Translations under genes and position numbers: made by a program
Notes under the pieces: model-generated
The model's input: the letters and a program-made list of their open reading frames with translations, nothing else
Databases searched by the model: none
What the model was told of the DNA's origin: nothing
Part shown: piece by piece, positions 26,900 through 38,200 of the stretch
How positions within the stretch are numbered: position 1 is the stretch's first letter
How the letters are laid out: the number at the start of each line of letters is the position of its first letter
DNA from: Haplodiscus bocki
Lineage: Eukaryota
Assembly (NCBI GenBank): GCA_965655095.1
Contig: OZ296650.1
Span: 8,060,001-8,124,000 of the forward strand
Reading direction: 5' to 3'
DNA: 64,000 bases

Positions 26900-29000
26900 A
26901 CATTTTTCTTGACCTGGTAGGGAGATTGAACAACTTCATGCTCTCAAAAGTTCTTGTCAGATGTCTGAACAACTTTGAAGATCCCGATCAAATCATGAAT
27001 TGTGTTCAAATACTTCGATGTAGTAAGACATTAACTTATCTTAAGCGAATGAATGAAGAACGAACTCTGAAATTCTTTACAAGTAGGACACAAAAGCAAT
27101 GGTTTAGTTGAACTCAGACAACACTTATTGAGCTTTGTTTGTAGTAATCTGACCATGCAAGTCTTTTTAACTTTCATGATCTGGTGGGAGAAAAAAAATT
27201 TTTCTTGCTCTTAAGAGTCCGCTTTAGACATTTGAACAACATTGAAGGTCTTGATTACATCATCAGATGTGTTCAAACGTTTCGCTGTAGCAACACACTA
27301 CCTCAGCTTGTTCGTTTAACTGAAGAACGAACTGATGTCTTCGTAAAAAAAACAAAACCAATGAAGCAGTGTATTAGTTGAACTCAGACTTCATGCATCG
27401 AGTGTTGTATGCAATCGTCCTATCATGCATGTTTATGACTTTTTTGATCTGCTCGGGAAATTGAAGATCTTACTGCTCTCAAAAGTTCTTGTTAACGATT
27501 GAATAACATTTGAGATCCCAATTACGTCATCAGATGTGTTCAAATACTACGCTGTAGTAAAATACTAACCTAGTTTAAGCGTATGATTGAAGAACAAACT
27601 ATGAATTTCGTTTTAAGCAAGAAAGACACAAAAGCAATGGTTTAGTTCAACTCGGGCAAGAACTATCGAGCTTTGTTTGTAGTAAAGTAATCATGCAATT
27701 TTTTTATTTTCATGATCTGGTGGGGACAAAATAGATTTTCTTGCTCTCAAGAGTCCGCATTAGACACCTGAACGACATTGAAGATCCTGATTACATCAAA
27801 AGATGTATTCAAACACTTCGCTGTTATCAGACACTATATTAGATTGTTCGTTTGACTAAAGAATGAATTTAAGTCTTTGGAATAATCAAGACCATTGAAG
27901 CAGCATCTTAGTTGAACCCAGACTTCATGCATCGAGTGCTGTATGCAGGCGTCCTATCATGCATGTTGATGAATTTCTTGATTTGCTTGGGAAATTGAAG
28001 ATATTCCTGCACTCAAAAGTTCTTGTTAACGATTGAATAACATTTGAGATCCCGATTACGTCAACCATCAGATATGTTCAAACACTACGCTGTAGTAAAG
28101 CACTAACATCGCTTAAGCGTTTGATTGAAGAACAAACTATGAATTTTGTTTCAAGTAAGGCACACAAGCAATGGTTTAGTTCAACTTAGGCAACAACTAT
28201 CGAGCTTTGTTTGTAAAAATGTAAACATGCAATCTTTTTAAGTTTCACGATCTGGTGCGAAAAATGCAGTTTTTCTTGCTCTCAAGAGTCCTCATTAGAC
28301 ACCTGAACAACATTGAAAATCCTGATTACATCAAAATATGTATTCAAACCCTTCTCTGTAGCCAGACACTATCTTAGTTTGTTCGTTTGACTAAAGAATA
28401 AACTTAAGTCTTCGTAATAATGAAAACCATTGAAGCAGTGTTTTAGTTGAACTCAGAGCTCATACATCGAGTGTTGTATGCACTCATCCTATCATGCAAG
28501 TTTTACGACTTTCTTGAACTGCTCGGCAAATTGAAGATCTTCCTCCTCTCGGAAGTTCTTGTTAGACGTCTGAACAACATTGAAGATCCCGATTATATCA
28601 TCAGATGTGTTCAGATACTTAGATGTAGTAAGACACTATATTAATTTAAGCGTATGATTGAAAAACGAACTATGAATTTCGTTATAAATAAGACACAAAA
28701 GTACTGTTTAAGTTGGACTCAGGCAACACCTATCGAGTTTTGTTTGCAGTAATGTAATCATGCAATTTTTTTAAGTTTCACGATCTGGTGCGGAAAATAT
28801 AGTTTTTCTTGCTCTCAAGAGTCCTCATTAGACACCTGAACAACATTGAAAATCCTGATTACATCAAAATATTTATTCAAACCCTTCGCTGTAGCCAGAC
28901 ACTATCTTAGTTTGTTGGTTTGACTAAAGAGTGAATTTAAGTCTTCGTAATAAGCAAGGCCAAACAAGCAGTCTCTTAGTTGAACTCACAGTTCATACAT
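26900..29000. repeat. Dimeric (~535 bp) alternating tract
   Basis: 'gatctggtg...caagagtcc' monomers at ~27178, 27714, 28249 and 28783 alternate with 'tgctcgggaaattgaag...aagttcttgtta' monomers at ~27446, 27980 and 28518. Confidence 0.75.
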
Positions 29001-32000
29001 CGAGTGTTGTATGCAGTCCACCTGTCTGATCATGCCATTCTTTTTACTTTTCATAACATGTTGGGGAAAGTTTACAATTTCCTGCTCTCCAGAGTCCGGT
29101 TTAGATATTTGAACATTATTGAAGGTCTTGATTGCATCATCAGATGTGTTCAAACACTTCTCCGTAGCAAGACACTATCTCAGCCTGTTCGTTTGACTAA
29201 AGAACGAAATTAAGTCTGCGTAAAAAACAAGACCAATGAAGCAGTGTCCTAGTTGAACTCAAATTTCAAAGAGCGGGCTTTAAGTGCAGTAGTCCAATCA
29301 CGCAAATCTCTTTCATGTCATTTTTGACCTGTTCGGAGGATTGAGGATCTTCCTGCTCTCAAGGCGTCGTGTTTGAAGTCTGAACAACATTGAAGATCAT
29401 GATTACATCAAAAGTTGTATTCAATAATATGGCCATAGTCAGACACTAACATAGCTGGTCGTTTGACTAAGAAACGAATTCAAAACTTCGAAACAGGCAA
29501 AACCACTGAAGCACTGTCTTGGTTGAACCCAGACAACACCCATCGAGTTTGGTCTTTTGTAATCTGATCTTGCAAGTTTGACAACTTTCCTGAGCTGGTC
29601 GGTAAATTGTAGATCCTCCTGCTCTGAACAGTTTGTTTTAGAAGTTCGAACAAAATTCAAGATCATGATCCAATCCTAAGAAGTTTTGAAAGACTTCGCC
29701 GTGGTCAGACACTATCTTAGCTTGGTCGTTTGGATGAAGAACGAAATTAAGTCTTCGTAAAAAACAAGACCACTGAAGCAGTTTCTCAGTTGAACTCAGA
29801 TATCACAGATCGATCTTTAAGTGCTATAATCCAATCGTGAAAGTTGTACATCTCCTGGTCGGGAGATGAAAGATCTTCCTGCTCTCATGAACTCGTGTAA
29901 GACCTCTGAAGAACATTGAAGATCCCGATTACATCATCAGATGTGTTCAAATTTTTCGCTGTAGCAAGACACTATCTTAGCTTGGTTGTTTGACTAGCGA
30001 ACGAACTGAAGTCTTCGTAAAAAAACAATAACAATGAAGCAGCGTCTTAGTTGACCTCAGACTTCATGCGTCGACTGTAGTATGCAATCGTCCTATCATG
30101 CATGTTAATAACTTTCTTGATCTGCTGGAGAAATTGAAGATATTCCTGCTCTCAGAAGTTCCTGTTAACGATTGAATAACATTCGAAATGCCGATTACAT
30201 CATCAGATGTTTTCAAAAACTACGCTGTAGTAAGACACTAACATAGCTAAAGTGTATGATTAAAGAACAAACTCTGAAATTCGTTTTAAGAAAGACAGAA
30301 AAAGAATGGTTTAGTTCAACTCAGGCAACACCTATCGAGCTTCGTTTGTGGTAAGCTAATCATGCAGTCTTTTTATATTTCATGATCTGGTGGGGAAAAA
30401 ATAGTTCTCTTAGCTCTCAAGTGTCGGCATTAGACACCTGAACGACATCGAAGATCTTGATTACATCAAAATATTTATTCAGACACTCCGCTGTAGTCAG
30501 ACACTTTCTTAGTTTGTTCGTTTGAGTAAAAATTGGATTTAGGTCTTTGTAATAATCAAGACCATTGAAGCAGCATCTTAGTTGAGCTTAGACTTCATGC
30601 ATCGAGTGCTGTATGCAGGCGTCCTATCATGCATGTTGATGACTTTCTTGATTTGCTTGGGAAATTGAAGATATTCCTGCACGCAAAAGTTCTCGTTAAC
30701 GAATGAATAACATTTGAGATCCCGATTGCATAATCAGTTGTGTTCTAATACTTCGCTTTAGAATGACTTTAACAAATCTTAAGCGTAGGGTTGTAGAACG
30801 AACTACAAATTACGTTATAAGCAAGACACCGATAACTGGCTCAGTTGAACTCAAACAACAAGGATCGAGTTCTGTTTGTGGTTATCTGATATTGCATGCT
30901 TTAGAATTTCAAGACTTGGTCGGGAAAATGTAGATCTTCTTGTTCTCAGGGGTTCGTGTTTGAAGCTTGAACAACATTGAAGATAGAAATTACATCAAAA
31001 GATAGTAAAGTAATCATGCAATTTTTTTCAATTTTCATGATCCGGTGGGGACAAAATAGATTTTCTTGCTCTCAAGAGTCCGCATTAGACACCTGAACCT
31101 CTTCGAAGATCCTGATTACATCAAAAGATGTATTCAAACACTTCCTTGTTGTCAGACACTATCTTAGTTTGTTCGTTTGACTAAAAAATGGATTTAGGTC
31201 TTCGTAAAAAGCTAGAACAATGAAGCAGTGTCTTAGTTGAACTCGGAGTTCATACATAGAGGGTTGTGTGGAGTCGTCCTATCATGCAAGTTTTACGACG
31301 TTCTTGATCTGCTCGGGAAATTTAAGATCTTCTTGCTCTCAAAAATGCTTGTTAGACGCCTGAAAAACATTGAAGATCATGATTACATCATCAGATGTGT
31401 TCAAATACTTTGCTGTAGCAAGACACTACCTTAGCTTGGTTGTTGGACTGGAGAACGAACTGAAGTCTTCATAAAAAACAATAACAATGAAGCAGCGTCT
31501 TAGTTGAACTCAGACTTCATGCATCGAGTGTTCTATGCACTCGTCCTATCATGCATGTTAAAGACTTTCTTGATCATCTCCGTAGATTGAAGATCTTCCT
31601 GCATTCACAAGTTCTTGTTAACGATTGAATAACATTTGAGATCCCGATTACATCATCAGATGGGTTCAATTAGTACGCTGTAGTAAGACAATAACATAGT
31701 TTAAGCGTATGATTGAAGAACAAACTATGAAAGTCGTTTTAGTTAAGACAGAAAAGCAATGGTTTAGTTCAACTCAGGCAACACCTATCGAGCTTTGTTT
31801 GTAGTAATTTAATCATGCAATCTTTTCAAGTTTCATGATCTGGTGGGGAGAATGTAGTTTCTCTTGCTCTCAAGAGTCCGCATTAGACACCTGAACGACA
31901 TTGAAGATCCTGATTACACCAAAATATGTATTCAAACACTTCACTGTAGTCAAACACTATCTTAGTTTGTTCGTTTCACTAAAGCATGAATTTAAGTCTG

Positions 32001-35000
32001 CGTAAAAGGCAAGACAAGTGAAGCAGTGTCTTAGTTGAACTCAGAGATCATACATCGAGTATTGTATGCAGTCGTCCTGTCATGCAAGTTTTACAACTTT
32101 TTTGATCTGCTCGGGAAATTGAAGATTTTCCTGCTCTCAAGAGTTCTTGTTAGACGTCTGAACAACATTGAAGATCCCGATTATATCTTCAGATGTGGTC
32201 TAATACTTAGCTGTAGTAAGACACTAATTTAGCTCGAGCGTATGATTGAAAAACGAACTTGGAAATTCGTTACAAATATGACACAAAAGCGCTGGTTTAG
32301 TTGAACTAAGGCAACACCTATCGAGTTTTGTTTGTAGTAATCTGATCATGCAAGTCTTTTTACTTTCATCACATTTTGGGGAGAATTTACAATTTCTTGC
32401 TCTCACGAGTCCGCTTTAGACATTTGAACAACATAGAGGGTCTTGATTACATCATCAAATGTTTTGAAATACTTCGCTGTAGCAAGACACTAGTATAGTT
32501 TGAGCCTATGAGTGAAAAACCAACATGAAGTTAGTTATAAGGAAGGCACAATAGCGCTGGTTTAGTTGAACTCAGGCAACACCTATCGAGCTTTCTTTGT
32601 AGTAATCTGATCTTGCATGTTTTTAACGTTCTTGAGCTGATGGGGAGAATTTTTATTTTCCTGCTCTCATGAGTCCGTGTTAGACATCCGAACAATATTA
32701 AAGTTTATGATTACATCATCACATGTGTTCAAATAGTACGCTGTAGTAAGACACTAACATAGCTTGAGCGCATGATTGAAAAACCAACTTGGAAATTCGT
32801 TACAAATAAGACACAACAGCACTGGTTTAGTCGAACTCAGGCAGTACCTATCGAGCTTTGTTTGTAGTAATGTGATCATGCAAGTCTTTTTACTTTTCAT
32901 GCCATGGTGGGGAGAATTTAGAATTTCTTTCTCTCCAGAGTCCGCTTTAGACATTTGAACAACATTGAAGGGTTGATTACGCCATCAGATATGTTCAAAC
33001 ACTTCGCCGTAGCAAGACACTATCTTAGCCTGGTTGATTGATTGGAAAACAAACTGAAGTCTTCGTGATAAACAAGACCACTGAAGCAGTGTCTCAGTTG
33101 AACTCAGACATCACAGATCGTGCTTCAAGTGCAGTAGACCAATGATGCAAATTTTACAAATTTTTTGAAAAGGTTGACAAATTGAAGATCTTGCCGCTCT
33201 TAAGGGGTCGTCTTTGAAGTCTGAACAGCATTGAAGATCAAGATTACATCAAAAGATATAATCAAACTTTTCGGCGTAGTCAGACACTATCTTAGCCTGG
33301 TCGTTTGACTAAAGAAGGCATTGAAAGGTTCGTAGAAAGCAAGATCACTGAAGCACTGTCCTAATTGAGCACGGACAACACCTAGCGAGTTTTTTCTGTA
33401 GTAACCCTATCATGCAAGATTTAGAGATTTCTCGATCCGGTCGTGAGAATGACTATCTTCGTGCAGTCACTCGTCCTTGTTAGAAGTCCGAATTACATTG
33501 AAGCTCCTGATTACATCATAAGATGTTTTGAAATACTTCGCCGTAGTCAAAAACACACCATCTTAGCCTGGTTGTTTGAATAAACAACAAACTGAAGTCT
33601 TCGTGATAAACTAGACTACCGAAACAGTGTCTTAGTTGAACCCAGATATAAGAGATTGAAATTTAAGCGTAGTAGTCCAATCATGCAAGTTGTAGAGTTT
33701 TCCTGACCTGTTCGGCAAACTAAAGCTCTTCTTGCACTCAAGAGTTCATGTCAGACGTGTGAACAACATTAAAGATCCTGATTATATCTTCAGTTGTGTT
33801 CGATTACTTCGCTTAAGTGAGATAGTAACTTAACTCAAGCGTATATCTGACGATCAATTTGAAAAAATTCAATATAGGCAAGACCACAGAAGCAATGGCT
33901 TAGACGAGATCAAAAAGCACGGATAGAGAGTTGTATATAGTATTCTGATCATGCATTTTTCACCATATTCTTGACCTGGTCAGGAGTATGTAGAACTTCT
34001 GACGCTCTAGAGTTCATGTATTACGTCTGGACAACATTGAAGATCATAAATACATCGCAAGATGTGTTTAAACACTTCGCTCTAGTGACATACTAACTTA
34101 ATTTACGCGTATGATTGAAGACCGAACTGAAATGTTCGTTATAAGTAAGACCACTGAAGCAAAATGTTTCTCAATTGAACTCAGACATCACAGATCGAGC
34201 TCCAAGTGCAATGACGCTATCAAGCAAGTTGTACGATTTTATTGTTCCTGTCGTGAGATTGAGCATCTTCCTTCATACAAAAGTTCGCGCTAAACGTCTG
34301 AATAACCATGGATTTCATGCTTACTCTCCAAGATATGTTCTAATACTGCGCTGTAGTGAGACACTATCTTAGTTTAAGCGTATGATTGAAACACGAACTT
34401 TAAAAAACCTTGTTGCCAAGACCACAGAATCTCTGGCTTCAATGACCTCAGACAACACTGATCGAGGTTTGTATGGGATAAAGTGATCTTGCAAGTTTCG
34501 CCACTTTTACGGAAATTTACTGTTCGCTTCAGGACAGACCGAAGAAGCCCTGGCATTGTTGAACTCCTGCTACACCTATTGAGCTTTATTTGTAGTAATC
34601 AGATAATGCAAGGTTTTTAACTTTACTCACCTAGTTGGGTGAATATAGATTTTTTTGCTCTCAGAGTCCCGTTAGACATCTGAACAACATTGAAAATCAT
34701 GATTACATCATAAAATAATTTCCAGCACATCGCAGCAGTCAATCATTCAAAAATCTAACCTGAGCGTATGAAAAAAGAACGACCTTTACTGTTCGTTCCA
34801 TGATAGTTCAAAAAATCACTGGCTTAGTTGAAATCAGGCAACATCTATCGAGTTTTTTCTGAAGTAATCTGATCACCTAGCTCTCAGAAATTTGTTGAAC
34901 TGGTCGGAGGATTATATTTCCTCCTGCGCTCAAGGTTTGGTGTTAGAAGTCTGAAAAACATTGAATATCAGGATTACACCATAAGTTGCAATCAAACACC

Positions 35001-35212
35001 TCACAGTTGTCAGACACTATCTTAGCCTGGTCGTTTGACTAAAAAACGAGTTGAAAAACTTGTAAAACGCAAGACCACTGAACCACTGTTTTGTTTGAAC
35101 CCAGACAATACCTAGACAAAATTGTTTGAAGTAATCCGGTCATTCAAGTTTCAGAAATTTGTTGACCTAGTCGGGAAAATAAAAACCTTCTTGCTCTCCA
35201 GCGTTTGTGAAC

Positions 35213-38200
35213 TCATTTAGCACGGGTCGTTTTTTGTAGTAATATGATCATGCTAGTTTCACGACTTTTATGTTAGTTTCACGATTCTCTAGAGCTGATT
35301 TCAGACGTCTGAACGACATTGAAGACCTAGTTTCAATACTAAAATGTTTCCCAGCACATGACTGTAGACATACTAGCTCAATCTGAGCGTACGAAGAAAG
35401 AATGAACTTTTTGTTCGTTTCAGGAGAGACTAAAGAAGCACTGGTTTAGTTGAACTCAGGCAGCAGAGTTCGAGTTTTAAGTGTAGTAGACCAACCATGC
35501 AAGTTGTACCATTTTCTTACCGGATGGTGACGTTAAGCATCTTCTTGCACTCAAGAGTTCGTGCTAGACGTCTGAAAAGCATTGAAGATCATGATTACAT
35601 TGCGAGACGTGTTCAAATACTTCGTTGTAGTGAGACACTAACTTAGTTTAAGTGTATAAATAAAGACCGAACTATATTGTTCGCAAAAGTTTAGACCACT
35701 GCAGCTACGTGCTTCCCAGTTTAACTAAGATATAACGGATTGGGTTTTAAGTACAGTTGTCCTATGATACACGTTGTACGGTTTTCTTGACCTGGTTGGC
35801 AAGTTGAAGATTTTACTGCTGTCACGAGTTCGTGTTAGACGTCTGAACAACATTAAAAATCCTGATTACATCATCAAATCTTTTCGAATTTTTCGCTGTA
35901 GTGAAACATTAACTAGCTTCAGGTGTATAAATGAAAAACGAACCATATATTTCGGTATAGGCAAGAGCAACGAAGCATTGGCTTAGTTGAGCTCAGACAA
36001 CGCGGAGAATTATCCGTATGTAAAAATCTGATCATGCAAGTTTCACCACATTTCGGACCTGGTCGGGAGAATGTAGAACTCCGACTCTCTGGAGGTAGTG
36101 TGAGACGTCTGAACAACATTGGAGATCATGATTACATCTCAAAATGTGTTCAAACGCTTCACACTTCGCAGTTTTGAGACACTTACTTAACTTAAGCGTA
36201 TGATTGAAGACCGGACTATAAAATTCGTTATAAGTAAGACCACTGAAGCATTAGGTTTCCCAGGTGAACTCAGACATCACAGATTGAGATCTAAGTGGAG
36301 TAGTCTTACCATGCAAGTTGTACAGTTTTCTTGACCTGGTCGATAATTTGAGGAAGGATCTTCCTGTTCTCATGAAATCGTGCGAGACTTCTGAACAACA
36401 TTGAAGATACTGACTACATCATCAGATTTTTTCAAATACTTCGCTGCAGTGAGACACTACTTTAGCTTAATCGTGTGATCGAAGAACGAACAATGAACTT
36501 TAAAATTCGTTTTAATCAAGACCACAGAAGCAATGGCTTAGTTGATCTCAGACAACACTGATTGAGGGTTTGTATGTAAAACTGTGATCTTGCGAGTTTC
36601 TCCAATTTCCTGATTTGGTTAGAAGATTGTAGAAATCTTGAATCTGTAGGGATTGCGTCAGACGTCTGAACAACTTTCAAGGTCATGATTACATGATAAG
36701 ATGTGTTCAAGCACAACGGTGCGGTCAAACACCAACTTATCCTGAGCGTAGGTTGAAAGAACGAAAAATACTGTTCGATTCAGGACATACCGAAGAAACC
36801 CTGGCATTGTTGAACTCCAGCTACACCTATTGAGCTTTATTTGTAGTATTCTGGTCATTCATGGTTTTTAACTTTACTCACCTGGTTGAGTGAATATAGA
36901 TTTTTTTGCTCTCAGAGTCCCGTTAGACATCTGAACAACATTGAAAGTCATGATTACATCATAGGATAATTTCCAGCACATCGCAGCAGTCAATCATTCA
37001 AAAACCTAACCTGAACGTATGAAGAAAGAACGACCTTTACTGTTCGTTGCAGGAGAGACCAAAAAATCACTGGCTTAGTTGAACTCAGGCTACTTCTATC
37101 GAGTTTTTTTCTGAAGTAATCTGATCACGTAGGTCTCAGAACTTTGTTGAACTGGTCGGAGGATTATATTTCCTCTTGCGCTCAAGGTTTGGTGTTAGAA
37201 GTCTGAAAAACTTTGAATATCAGGATTACACCATAAGTTGCAATCAAACACCTCACAGTTGTCAGACACTATCTTAGCCTGATCGTTTGACTAAAGAACC
37301 AGTTGAAAAACTCGTAAAACGCAAGACCACTGAAGCACTGTTTTTTTTGAACCCAGACAATACCTAGACAAATTTGTCTGAAGTAATCCGGTCATTAAAG
37401 TTGCAGAAATTTCTTGATCCAATCGGGAAATAAAGATCTTCCTGATCTCAAGCGTTTGTGTTAGAGTTCTGAACAACATTGAAGATTCTGTACATCATAA
37501 GACGTAATGAAAACTTTCGCCATAGTCAGACACCATTTTTCTTCGGTCGTTTTAGTGAAGAACAACCTGAAGTCTTCGTAATGAACAAAACCACTGAAGC
37601 AGTGTCGGAGGTGAATTCAGGCTTCATAGATCGAGTTTTGTATGCAATCGCCCTATGATGCAGGTTTTTCGACTGTCTTGATCTGCTCAGGAAGTTGAAG
37701 ATCTTCCTGCTCTCATAAATTCTTGTTGGACGTCTGAAGAACATTGAAGATACTGATTACATCATCAGATGTGTTGAAATACTTCGCTGTTGTGAGACAC
37801 TAACATAGTTTAAGCGTATGATTGAAGAACGAACTATAAAATTCGTTAGAAGCCGGACCGCGGAACCACTCACTCCGTTGACCTCATTTAGCACGGGTCG
37901 TTTTTTGTAGTAATATGATCATGCTAGTTTCACGACTTTTATGTTAGTTTCACGATTCTCTAGAGCTGATTTCAGACGTCTGAACGACATTGAAGACCTA
38001 GTTTCAATACTAAAATGTTTCCCAGCACATGACTGTAGACATACTAGCTCAATCTGAGCGTACGAAGAAAGAATGAACTTTTTGTTCGTTTCAGGAGAGA
38101 CTAAAGAAGCACTGGTTTAGTTGAACTCAGGCAGCAGAGTTCGAGTTTTAAGTGTAGTAGACCAACCATGCAAGTTGTACCATTTTCTTACCGGATGGTG

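Larger units (their letters stand above)
21950..34500. repeat. Domain 3: heterogeneous, largely monomeric/dimeric satellite zone
   Basis: Same 267-bp monomer but no long-range regular HOR; many unique monomers, several deletions and local duplications. Confidence 0.75.

Noticed and set aside
28531-28590. Internal sub-repeat (TTGAAGATC twice, 49 bp apart) suggesting a shorter ancestral monomer
   Set aside because: The similarity covers only ~9 bp and I could not extend a regular sub-period across the monomer by eye.
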